Source: a virus (taxonomy: Duplodnaviria; Heunggongvirae; Uroviricota; Caudoviricetes). From it: a stretch of 64,000 bases of DNA. Every line of letters begins with the position of its first letter. Position 1 is the stretch's first letter. Both the position numbers and the translations under genes were made by a program. Location: positions 69,058 through 133,057 of the IMG/VR virus record IMGVR_UViG_2910903598_000005. One strand, written 5' to 3'. Below are positions 43,968-52,579 of the stretch, in pieces. Below the pieces are notes generated by a model. The model did not search any database, was not told the origin of the DNA, and saw only the letters and a list, made by a program, of their open reading frames with translations.

Positions 43968-44493
43968 ATTAATAAAACGCCCACGTTCTGATAACGATAA
44001 ATGTACTAAATATGATGTTGTGCTTGATAAAGAGTATACTGTAGAAGAATTTATTGATGCGATTGCAGATGGAAGAAATGGAACGCATGGTCAAATCACA
44101 ATAAAAAATGATAAAGAAGCCATTGAATCACTTGTCTATAATATCGAGAGTATTGATTATAGACATTGTATACTTCAAAATGCTGAAGAAAAAATTAAAC
44201 AAGTATGGGCAGATGGTAGCTGGTTAAAAATCAATTATACTATCTTGCTTGAAAACAAAAAGGAAACACAAAAAGGTGCGCTCAGATTCATTGTTAAGAA
44301 ACCAAATGGAGAAGAATCAGTGGTTGTTATTTTTAAGAACAAGTCAGATGGCACATATTCATTTGTTAATTTGACCAAAGAGCATATTTGTTCATGTAAA
44401 TTTAAAACAATCGAGGAAGCGATTCAGGATATGAATGATCGACTAAGGAAAGGATTGATTGAGTCATATGTTATGAAAGGAGAAAGAAAATAA
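43951..44493 (+). CDS. hypothetical protein (180 aa)
   Basis: Overlapping start. Long ORF. Confidence 0.5.
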   Translation: MVEMFKLIKRPRSDNDKCTKYDVVLDKEYTVEEFIDAIADGRNGTHGQITIKNDKEAIESLVYNIESIDYRHCILQNAEEKIKQVWADGSWLKINYTILLENKKETQKGALRFIVKKPNGEESVVVIFKNKSDGTYSFVNLTKEHICSCKFKTIEEAIQDMNDRLRKGLIESYVMKGERK

Positions 44494-44831
44494 TGGATGT
44501 ACATATTGGAGATTTTTGGCAGAGTAAATGTAATCCAAAAGTAATTCAACATGTGGTTAATTTTTCATTTAGAATGGGTGGATTTCCAAGTAGTAAAGAT
44601 ATGCTACTGATCTGTGAAGAATTTCATTATACAAAGATAGGTGAGAATCCTGCCTCTGTCAAAGAAGATTCCAGATTCTTTTCACATATTACAGTGGATA
44701 ATTTTAAAAAGATGAATCAATGTATTCTAAGTGCTGAGAGGATTATGAAAGATACTCAGGCATTTAAAACAGATAAAGATATTTTGGATTATTTAACAAA
44801 GAAAGTGGAGGAGAAATTAAATGCAAAATAA
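44493..44831 (+). CDS. hypothetical protein (112 aa)
   Basis: Ribosome-binding site AAAGGAGAAAG. Confidence 0.5.
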   Translation: MDVHIGDFWQSKCNPKVIQHVVNFSFRMGGFPSSKDMLLICEEFHYTKIGENPASVKEDSRFFSHITVDNFKKMNQCILSAERIMKDTQAFKTDKDILDYLTKKVEEKLNAK

Positions 44832-45294
44832 TGTATTTCAGATTTATCTTGCAGGCGGTATGCAGGATTTATCATTTGAAGAGCAGAATACTTGGAGAGA
44901 AAGAATTTGCAATCAAATTATTGCTATGCGTAGAATACTTAATGTTAATATGAAAGAAGTCAACATTATTAACCCCGTTGATTATTACAATTTTCAAACA
45001 GAGTTACATGATACAGAAAAAGAAGTAATGAGATTTGATACAAATTTTGTTAGAAATAGTGATCTTGTTGTGGTAAATGCGAATGATCCGAAGAGCATTG
45101 GTACATCTATGGAGATTGCAATTGCATATGAACGTCATATTCCTGTACTGATTTTGAATACAGAAAAGAAAAGATTGCATGCTTGGTGGGTGCAAATGTC
45201 TGACAAGATATTTGACGATGAGAAAAAATTATGTACATATATATATGACTTTTATCTCAGGATGAATCATAGTAGTATTCGAGCATGGGTGTAA
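44821..45294 (+). CDS. nucleoside 2-deoxyribosyltransferase / DNPH1-like protein, copy 2
   Basis: IYLAGGMQ...W...NPVDY...SDLVVVNANDPKSIGTSMEIAIAYERHIPVLIL matches the PF05014 pattern. Ribosome-binding site GGAGGAG. Confidence 0.6.
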   Translation: MQNNVFQIYLAGGMQDLSFEEQNTWRERICNQIIAMRRILNVNMKEVNIINPVDYYNFQTELHDTEKEVMRFDTNFVRNSDLVVVNANDPKSIGTSMEIAIAYERHIPVLILNTEKKRLHAWWVQMSDKIFDDEKKLCTYIYDFYLRMNHSSIRAWV

Positions 45295-45332
45295 ATGCAA
45301 TGATATAAAATAGGAATTTGATGTTAAAAATA

Positions 45333-45381
45333 ACCACAATATATAGTATGTCTATAAATATTATATACTATATATTGTGGT
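45333..45381. repeat. perfect 17-bp inverted repeat ACCACAATATATAGTAT / ATACTATATATTGTGGT with a 15-nt loop
   Basis: Read directly. Not followed by a T-run on the + strand. Confidence 0.55.
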
Positions 45382-45509
45382 AGAAAAGGAGTTGAAACAC
45401 TATTACAGCAGAAAAACAAGGCAAGTTTATTATTTTCCATCTGGATGATGATAAAACTTGCAAATATGATTTATCAAATGGTGATTGCTATGGCAAGAGC
45501 GGCAAGAAA

Positions 45510-46544
45510 GTGAAAGCTTTGAACAATATTCTGTCTGGACATTCAGCTGATGAATTGGATAAATTGTTTGTGTCCGATCCACATTATGCAGAGTTTCTAA
45601 AATATGTAAATTGGCGAAGAAATTGTGAAATGGGAAGAACTACATGGGGCTTCATTGATTATAATTTAGGAACTTTGTTTGAATATGCAAGTAAGTATTC
45701 TATGTGCGAGCAGTTCTTTGCTATAGGTTTTACACACAAACAAGTCACAGAAGATTTTAAATATTCAATTAATGAAGTACCAAAATGGTTGAGAAATTAT
45801 TGTCTTGGTGTGAAGAATAGACGATTGTTAAGTAATGATTTTGTTGATTTTTATAAGATGTATCCAGATTATGTACAAACGATTTTACAGACAGAGTATA
45901 TGACATTAACTAAAGAATATTTAATAAATTTCTTTGAGGATAATCATAGATATCGTTTTACGAAAATTTTGGAGGCTTTAAATCAGGATTATGGCTATAA
46001 TCTTGCAGATGTGTTTGTTTATATAGATAGAATAATTACATTTGAAGCTGTTACCAATAGTATAAATTGGTTACTCGGAGAATTGCGTGATTATGCCCGT
46101 ATGATGGACGCAATCAGTCATAAATTTGATAGATATCCAAGACATTTCAAAACAACAATGGATATTGTCACAAGAAATTACAAAAGATTACAAAAAGAAT
46201 TTTCGGAAGAAGTCTTTAAGAGCCGTATTAATAAAGAATACGAATTTACATATAAAGGACTGAGATTCTTTTATCCAGACTCCACTCAAGACATTAAAGA
46301 CGAAGCGGTGCAGCAAAATAATTGTGTGGCAAGTTACATAGATCGAGTCATTGATGGCGAATGCCATATCATGTTTTTGAGAAACGCAAAAGAACCAAAC
46401 AAATCCTTAGTGACGATTGAAATACAAAATGGACGAATCGTACAAGCACTGCAAAGATTCAATGATCCTCTAACTGCCGATCAACAAGAAGCGGTCGATG
46501 CATGGAATGAACATTTTAGTAAGAAAGGTAAGGTGGCAGCATGA
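45510..46544 (+). CDS. hypothetical protein (344 aa or longer). The reading frame is open and protein-like from 45396 with ribosome-binding site AAAAGGAG at 45383-45390 but no ATG, so it may start at ATT 45402.
   Basis: The track start is GTG 45510. Upstream in-frame text ...TITAEKQGKFIIFHLDDDKTCKYDLSNGDCYGKSGKK looks coding. Confidence 0.5.
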   Translation: MKALNNILSGHSADELDKLFVSDPHYAEFLKYVNWRRNCEMGRTTWGFIDYNLGTLFEYASKYSMCEQFFAIGFTHKQVTEDFKYSINEVPKWLRNYCLGVKNRRLLSNDFVDFYKMYPDYVQTILQTEYMTLTKEYLINFFEDNHRYRFTKILEALNQDYGYNLADVFVYIDRIITFEAVTNSINWLLGELRDYARMMDAISHKFDRYPRHFKTTMDIVTRNYKRLQKEFSEEVFKSRINKEYEFTYKGLRFFYPDSTQDIKDEAVQQNNCVASYIDRVIDGECHIMFLRNAKEPNKSLVTIEIQNGRIVQALQRFNDPLTADQQEAVDAWNEHFSKKGKVAA

Positions 46545-47086
46545 TTAATATTAATGAATTGACTATAGATCATAAGATTAAATTAAAGAAGCCAATGGGA
46601 TGCTTTGATAATCTTGGAGAGGTATGCGAGATTGTTAAGATTGATACAGATGAAAATGTTATCAATTTTAGATTTGATGTAGATGGAGTGCATCTTGGTG
46701 TGATGTCTGGAGATGAATTAGAAAAATATTTTGATGTTATTGAACCTGCTGTTGTACCAGATGATTATGAGTGGCATCCGTATGGGTTTATTGACGGATA
46801 TCAGGTTGAATATCAGGCGCTTAAGAATGGTGGTATTTTGATGGAGACTGCATACGATAGAGATGATGGAACAATTTCTGTGGAGTATTGTCATCCTGAA
46901 AATCCTTATCGGCAAATTAAAAATGGGCAAAGAGGTAAGTTTTATGAAGATGATTTAAAAATGGCATTTTTCAAATTAAAGAAAATGTATTATGGCACAT
47001 TATACGAAGGTATGCAAAAAGAAGTCATGTTAGATTTTGTTAAAAATAAAGACAAATTAGAGCCAGTTGAAGCAGATGAATGGTAG
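46541..47086 (+). CDS. hypothetical protein (181 aa)
   Basis: Overlapping start (ATGA). Confidence 0.5.
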   Translation: MININELTIDHKIKLKKPMGCFDNLGEVCEIVKIDTDENVINFRFDVDGVHLGVMSGDELEKYFDVIEPAVVPDDYEWHPYGFIDGYQVEYQALKNGGILMETAYDRDDGTISVEYCHPENPYRQIKNGQRGKFYEDDLKMAFFKLKKMYYGTLYEGMQKEVMLDFVKNKDKLEPVEADEW

Positions 47087-47092
47087 GATGCG

Positions 47093-47296
47093 ATGATAGA
47101 TAATGTCAAACTAGCAATTAGAATATTTTCAATTACTATGTGCGTATTGGTATATGTAATTGTTTGGGTTTGGTTCATAGTTACTGGTTGTGATGATTCA
47201 TATAATTGGGATTTAACTGAATATAGGATATTTTTCTTATGGGTTATGCTCCATGTATCATGCTTAATTGGAGTAATTTTGTGGGCTTGGTGTTAG
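47093..47296 (+). CDS. small membrane protein (two predicted transmembrane helices)
   Basis: Hydrophobic: ITMCVLVYVIVWVWFIV ... VMLHVSCLIGVILWAWC. Confidence 0.45.
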   Translation: MIDNVKLAIRIFSITMCVLVYVIVWVWFIVTGCDDSYNWDLTEYRIFFLWVMLHVSCLIGVILWAWC

Positions 47297-47311
47297 AAAG
47301 AGGTGATAAAG

Positions 47312-47698
47312 ATGGGCAATGTCAAAGTTGGAGACGAAGTGTATTTTGCTTGGTACGATGAACCATATACTGTTAAGTCTGGAATTATTACCGAGATTAA
47401 ATGTCTTGGCGATCTAACATATATAATGATACAAGATAGTATAACGCATGGTTTATATATGGTTCTTTTAGAAGAGATATATCGCACTGAATCAGAAATA
47501 AAAGCGGTTCTAAAACGAGAGTTTTATGCCAAGGTAAATGAAGTCAAAAAAGATATTCATACCTTAGAAGAGTTACTAAAATTCATGTACAATAATGATC
47601 TTACAATTGATGAAGATGATGGATATTGTGTTTGTGAAGAACGTGTTGCGGTAAGAGAACTGGCGAAAGAAATTTGTGGGATTGAGTTAGGAGAGTAA
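47312..47698 (+). CDS. hypothetical protein
   Basis: ATG after GAAAGAGGTG. The GTG at 47303 is an alternative start. Confidence 0.5.
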   Translation: MGNVKVGDEVYFAWYDEPYTVKSGIITEIKCLGDLTYIMIQDSITHGLYMVLLEEIYRTESEIKAVLKREFYAKVNEVKKDIHTLEELLKFMYNNDLTIDEDDGYCVCEERVAVRELAKEICGIELGE

Positions 47699-47703
47699 TG
47701 TAG

Positions 47704-48345
47704 ATGGAGAAGAAACTTTTGTGCGCATATTGTCGAAAGCTAGTTGATTATGAACTTGAAACAAGGTTTACAATTGTTCCAATGATAGGTGAAAGAATTT
47801 CGTTTGCAGAGACATATGGTATTTGTAAGATTTGTGGAAGGGAAATTTTTATTCCAGAGGTACATGATCATAACATGGAAGCTATGGACAGAGTATATCG
47901 GATTACAAAAGAGCGAAAGGGGAATTTAGCAATGAATCAAACCTATCAAAATTGTGGTATATACTGCAAGGCACAGAATTATGATACTAATAAGTGGATT
48001 ACTGGGACATACATCGGTAAAGGATGGTTATTATTCCCAAGATGTGAACCAGCAGACCATAGTGGTATGTATGGGTGTCAAGTAAAAGAAGATACCATTT
48101 GTCAATCAACTGGCAGAGAAAATGAATTTGAATATGATGTTGTACAATTGGTTGATGATGACGAAGACGTATATTTGATTATTTATAATGATGAAGATTT
48201 GGCGTGGCAGATGTTATCTGTTTATGGTTCTGATATGATTGATTTAGGAGAAATTAAACCAGATCAATATGTGAAACTTGGCAATATCAAAGAAGATGAT
48301 TATTGGAGAAAGGAATGGGAAAGACAGAGTGAAAAAAGAAAATAA
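47704..48345 (+). CDS. hypothetical zinc-ribbon protein (213 aa)
   Basis: CAYCRK...CKICGR pairs. Confidence 0.5.
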   Translation: MEKKLLCAYCRKLVDYELETRFTIVPMIGERISFAETYGICKICGREIFIPEVHDHNMEAMDRVYRITKERKGNLAMNQTYQNCGIYCKAQNYDTNKWITGTYIGKGWLLFPRCEPADHSGMYGCQVKEDTICQSTGRENEFEYDVVQLVDDDEDVYLIIYNDEDLAWQMLSVYGSDMIDLGEIKPDQYVKLGNIKEDDYWRKEWERQSEKRK

Positions 48346-48787
48346 TAAAGTATTTACATACGGGCAGTTAGAAGAATTAAGAAATAGTTTAGCACTTTCA
48401 ATAGGCGAGGTTGAATCATCAAATAAGCAAGATCATATACTTCGAAAATATTATAATATATGTAGTTTTCTTGATACGTTTCAACTGACGAAACCGCTAG
48501 TTGATGAACTAAAACGTCATCCGATTGCAGCGAGATATTTTGTTTTGTCGTTATGGAACGAATTGGTGGATTCGTGTCTTAATGCGTGCGATACATTGAC
48601 TGTGAATGATATAGAGAATCGAGATTCCGAAAAGCTACTATCTACTAAAACCAATGCGGCACAGTACATCCATGTATTAAATGATATGATTTCCATAAAT
48701 GATTATACAACAATTCAAGATGAGGCGTTGCAGTTTGCAATTGATACAATTAAGGAGAAATATAATGGAGAAAGAAAAGAAAAGTAA
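48296..48787 (+). CDS. hypothetical protein (start uncertain: TTG 48278, ATG 48296 or GTG 48326)
   Basis: The ORF overlaps the upstream gene end and has a weak ribosome-binding site. Confidence 0.35.
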   Translation: MIIGERNGKDRVKKENNKVFTYGQLEELRNSLALSIGEVESSNKQDHILRKYYNICSFLDTFQLTKPLVDELKRHPIAARYFVLSLWNELVDSCLNACDTLTVNDIENRDSEKLLSTKTNAAQYIHVLNDMISINDYTTIQDEALQFAIDTIKEKYNGERKEK

Positions 48788-48998
48788 ATTACATACGCCA
48801 AAAGAAATTTTAAATGCACTGCATGTGATTCAGGATACGTGCGAATACCATCTTGATGGAGCAGACGAAGATTGTAAAGCCTGTCCTTTATGCACGATGA
48901 TGGGCGAAGCCCCGACTTGTACACCTAGAGACCTTGACCCTTGTAATTGGGAAATTGATGATGATCCAGATACTATATGGCGAGCATTCAAGAAGTAG
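48765..48998 (+). CDS. small Cys-rich protein, paralog 1
   Basis: Ribosome-binding site TAAGGAGAA. TPKEILNALHVIQDTCE...C..C matches the next ORF. Confidence 0.5.
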   Translation: MEKEKKSKLHTPKEILNALHVIQDTCEYHLDGADEDCKACPLCTMMGEAPTCTPRDLDPCNWEIDDDPDTIWRAFKK

Positions 48999-49009
48999 GA
49001 GGTGATATT

Positions 49010-49252
49010 GTGAGCGAGAAAAATTATAAAGAGTATACACCTGATGAGATATATGATGCTTTAAGCGTAGTTCAAAATATCTGTAAGGCAAACAGAGTTC
49101 ATGATATGGGAAGTAGAAGTGTCGATTATGAGAATTGCTTAAATTGTGATTTTTATAATGTAGTTAGAGGTTGCAGGGTAAGAGTTTCATTACCGAAATA
49201 TTGGAAGCTAAATGCTCCACCCAGAGAATGGGAACCATTTGTTCATGATTAA
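49010..49252 (+). CDS. small Cys-rich protein, paralog 2 (GTG start)
   Basis: Ribosome-binding site AGGAGG 7 nt before GTG. TPDEIYDALSVVQNICK...C..C. Confidence 0.45.
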   Translation: MSEKNYKEYTPDEIYDALSVVQNICKANRVHDMGSRSVDYENCLNCDFYNVVRGCRVRVSLPKYWKLNAPPREWEPFVHD

Positions 49253-49281
49253 CACATAAACACAAGTAAATAAAGGAGAAA

Positions 49282-49824
49282 ATGTCGTTGAAATTAAATG
49301 ACGAACAGAGAAAATTGGTAGAACAAAATCATAATTTGATTTACTCTGCTATGACAAAATGCGGTATCCGCAGACAAGATTTTGATGACTATTATGGATT
49401 CGCTGCTATTGGGTTGTGTAAGGCAGCAATTGATTATGATGAAACACGATCTAAATCATTTTCGACATATGCGTATTTATGTATACAAAATGAAATAACG
49501 GTATATAACAAATACAGATTTCGGCAGAGAAGAAAGGGCGATATGAATACTATTTCATATAATCATATGTTAGATGATTGGGATGAAGACAAAAATGAAA
49601 ATTCATTTCTTTTAAAGGATGAAGAAAATTTTGAAAAAAATATTATTTTCAAGTTGAATTTTCAAGATAAATGTTACACACTAAATAATAAGGACAGAAT
49701 GATTGTTGATTTAAAATCAAAAGGTTATACATATCAAGAAATCGCAAAAATGTTTGGTACATCATTTCAAGCGATACAACAAAAGATTAAAAGAATGCGA
49801 TCAACAACATTTTCCAGATTATAA
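49282..49824 (+). CDS. sigma-70 family sigma factor, copy 2
   Basis: LNDEQRKLVEQNHNLIY...GFAAIGLCKAAIDYDETRSKSFSTYAYLCIQNEI, and C-terminal HTH MIVDLKSKGYTYQEIAKMFGTSFQAIQQKIKRMR. Paralogous to 42314. Confidence 0.65.
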   Translation: MSLKLNDEQRKLVEQNHNLIYSAMTKCGIRRQDFDDYYGFAAIGLCKAAIDYDETRSKSFSTYAYLCIQNEITVYNKYRFRQRRKGDMNTISYNHMLDDWDEDKNENSFLLKDEENFEKNIIFKLNFQDKCYTLNNKDRMIVDLKSKGYTYQEIAKMFGTSFQAIQQKIKRMRSTTFSRL

Positions 49825-49861
49825 AAGTTGAATAACGCAAACAACTTTTATTATTTTTTTT
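49823..49861 (+). terminator. rho-independent terminator
   Basis: AAAAGTTGaataacgcaaaCAACTTTT followed by ATTATTTTTTTT. Confidence 0.7.
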
Positions 49862-50036
49862 GACGCATTTGTTATAAACGTAATAGAACGATTATAACAA
49901 TATAAGCCGATCAGATAAAATTATTTTTTGTTCCTGTTGGCTTTGGCAGAGTTGACAGTGGATATAAATTGATGACTTATTTACAAACTAAAAACTAACT
50001 AAACAAATTTAATAACAAGAGGAGGAATTCTATTTA

Positions 50037-51281
50037 ATGAATTTTGAAATGACAGGAAAGCTCAGCATTAGCAAGGACACAGAAAAATTTCACCCTTACA
50101 GTGAGACAAAATATGAAAAGTCAGGCTGGGTACGAAGAAGACTGTTATTTAATGTGACATGCGGTGACAGTAGACATATGTTAACTGTTGACGCAGGAAG
50201 TTTCGAAGATGGACACGGTGATGTCTATACATATTCCAAACCAGAATACGACCCAAGTGGTAAGAAAATCAAAGATGGAGAAAAAATTCAGATTCCTTTT
50301 AAAGACAGATTAACATCTCCAAAACTGGAAGAAGTATCAGATTTCAGAAAATTTGTTTTTGACCTAGAAAAACCAGGAAGAAGATACAAATTAAAAAATG
50401 ACTTAGAAAAAATTAAAGAAGGTAAAGATGTTACGGATAAAGATCTTGCCGAAGTTGGATTAACGTCCGTAGATGAGCTTGAAAAAGAGTACGAAAAGAG
50501 CAAAAAGAGACATCATGAGTTTATCTCTGAATGGGATTACGCAGAATTTATCAAAAAAGTCATTGATAGTGGCAAATATGATGATTGCAATTTTCATATC
50601 AGGGGGCGTGGAGATTATTCATATTCTGATGACAAAGAAAGATTTTATGAGAATCTAATTCCTAACAGAATTTATCTCGCAGCAGATGATGATGAACCAT
50701 ATTCTACAGCAACAATGAGTTTTGTATTTGGAGCTGAGAGCTTAGACGAAACAAGTGTTGAGGAAGACGGTAAATATTACGTTAATGGATTTGTCTTTGA
50801 ATACATCCAGAGCAGAAAGAAAAAATTAGCCGTTCCAACAACAGTTGTTATTCCAGTTCCTGATAAAGAAAAAGACGAAAGCGGATACAAGAAGGCTAAT
50901 GGCTTAAAGAGAAAATTCATTGTCGACGATGAAGACAAATACATGGAATACGGCATTGTCGTAGATATGATCAATGGTTCTCAGCGTGTAGAACTTACAG
51001 AGGACATGCTCTCAGAAGAACAGAGAGATGATCTTGAATGTGGAATCATTACTATGGAAGAGATTCAAAAGGCGATTGGCGGAAGTGCTTATGGAGATAA
51101 AGTCAAAGAGTATCAGTTAATTAAACCATCACGCAACGGTATTAAAGAGGGCGTTCAGGACACGGTTTATACAGCAGAAGATATGGAAATACCTGCATTA
51201 GAGATTGACGAGAACGAAGATTTATTCTCAGAAGAATCAATCGATAACGATAATGATGACGACGATGACTTATTCGATTAG
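50037..51281 (+). CDS. SSB-like OB-fold protein with an acidic C-terminal tail (414 aa)
   Basis: N-terminus NFEMTGKLSISKDTEKFHPYSETKYEKSGWVRRRLLFNV follows the SSB OB pattern. The C-terminus ...DNDNDDDDDLFD resembles the SSB acidic tip. Ribosome-binding site AAGAGGAGG. Confidence 0.5.
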   Translation: MNFEMTGKLSISKDTEKFHPYSETKYEKSGWVRRRLLFNVTCGDSRHMLTVDAGSFEDGHGDVYTYSKPEYDPSGKKIKDGEKIQIPFKDRLTSPKLEEVSDFRKFVFDLEKPGRRYKLKNDLEKIKEGKDVTDKDLAEVGLTSVDELEKEYEKSKKRHHEFISEWDYAEFIKKVIDSGKYDDCNFHIRGRGDYSYSDDKERFYENLIPNRIYLAADDDEPYSTATMSFVFGAESLDETSVEEDGKYYVNGFVFEYIQSRKKKLAVPTTVVIPVPDKEKDESGYKKANGLKRKFIVDDEDKYMEYGIVVDMINGSQRVELTEDMLSEEQRDDLECGIITMEEIQKAIGGSAYGDKVKEYQLIKPSRNGIKEGVQDTVYTAEDMEIPALEIDENEDLFSEESIDNDNDDDDDLFD

Positions 51282-51286
51282 AGTTT

Positions 51287-51303
51287 AGAGCTTTTAGCTC
51301 TTT
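51287..51303 (+). terminator. weak hairpin terminator (AGAGCttttAGCTCTTT)
   Basis: Short stem with a short T-run. Confidence 0.3.
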
Positions 51304-51359
51304 ACTCGCTTGATGATTTATAAAACAAAATACTGTCTTTAAAAGGAGAAATTATACAT

Positions 51360-52568
51360 ATGGAATTACCAGTAATTAACGAAATTAAACCAGATATTAA
51401 AAACCTGTCAATCTATCTTAGATCAATTAAAAAGTTTGGAAAGACTACATTATTCAGAGATGTAATTATTGCAAAATATGGAGATCCGTCATGTGGACTT
51501 CTCGTACAGTGTGGATTTGAAAAAGGAACAAAGATGTTAGATAACATCAACACTCTGCGTATTACATCTTATGAAGATGCGATCGAACTTAAAGAATACT
51601 TAATTAACAAAAGGGTATTTAAAAGAGATAAATCTGGCAAGATTGTTCGCAATGAAAAGAGAAAACCAGAATACGTTCCAGTAAAACATAATATTCAGAT
51701 GGTCTGCTTTGATACAGTCGATGAAATTTGCCCACTGTTTGAGGAAGAAACAATCAGAATCAGCAATAAAGAAGGACAGAAAAAATGTAAAACTATCAAC
51801 GCTGCAATGGGTGGTTATCAGGCAGGACAGAGATACACAGCTGATATGATCAAAGCCTACATGGGTGATATTGAAGATGCTGGTATCGGTGTTTGGGGAA
51901 TTGCTCATACAAAATTCAAGACTATCAGAGAAAAAGGTGGCTTAGAAGAAGATGGATATCAGCAGTTAACATCTAATCTTGTAAGTGCTTATGAATCTGC
52001 TTTTGGTGATATCTTTGATGTAACTTTCACTGGTGTAATTGACAGAAATGTTGAAGTCAGAGGTGAAGGTGATAAAGCTAAGAGATATGCTACAGATGAA
52101 ATTAGAAAACTTTATTTCCGTGGAACAACATTAATTGATGCTGGTGGTAGATTTGCTTCCGATGCAGTTCCTGAATATATGGTATTTGACAAAGGAAATA
52201 TGGGAGAAGATTTCATTGAAGTGGTAGAAGACGGAATGGAGAAATCTAAAACAGTTCTTTCTAAAAAAACTAAAAAGCCAACTCCTCAGCCAGAGCCAGA
52301 AGATGAGATCGAGGAAGACATCGATGATATTATTGAAGACGATATTACAGAAGCTGACGAAGATTTAATGGAAGATGTTATTGATGATATTGATGAAGAT
52401 ATATCAGACGACTATCCAGAAGATTTAAGAGAACATGTAAAAGAGTTGTGTAAAACTTGTGAAGACGCAGAATTAAAAACAAAAGTCAAAGGAATCATTA
52501 AGCAGTATGGAAAACTTAGTGAAGTCGACGATGATGGATTAAAAGAAATGTATGATCTGCTGAAATAG
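51360..52568 (+). CDS. putative RecA-fold ATPase or recombination mediator (Sak4/AAA_24-like?) with a long poly-acidic C-terminus
   Basis: Degenerate P-loop SIKKFGKTTLF, a DTVDE-type Walker B candidate (VCFDTVDEI), and a C-terminal E/D-rich tail of about 90 aa. Ribosome-binding site AAAAGGAGAA. Confidence 0.35.
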   Translation: MELPVINEIKPDIKNLSIYLRSIKKFGKTTLFRDVIIAKYGDPSCGLLVQCGFEKGTKMLDNINTLRITSYEDAIELKEYLINKRVFKRDKSGKIVRNEKRKPEYVPVKHNIQMVCFDTVDEICPLFEEETIRISNKEGQKKCKTINAAMGGYQAGQRYTADMIKAYMGDIEDAGIGVWGIAHTKFKTIREKGGLEEDGYQQLTSNLVSAYESAFGDIFDVTFTGVIDRNVEVRGEGDKAKRYATDEIRKLYFRGTTLIDAGGRFASDAVPEYMVFDKGNMGEDFIEVVEDGMEKSKTVLSKKTKKPTPQPEPEDEIEEDIDDIIEDDITEADEDLMEDVIDDIDEDISDDYPEDLREHVKELCKTCEDAELKTKVKGIIKQYGKLSEVDDDGLKEMYDLLK

Positions 52569-52579
52569 GAGTCTGAGCA

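Noticed and set aside
51360-52568. Calling the protein a RecA/Sak4 recombinase with confidence
   Set aside because: The Walker A is degenerate (SIKKFGKTT) and the fold cannot be confirmed without a profile search. Kept as low-confidence.
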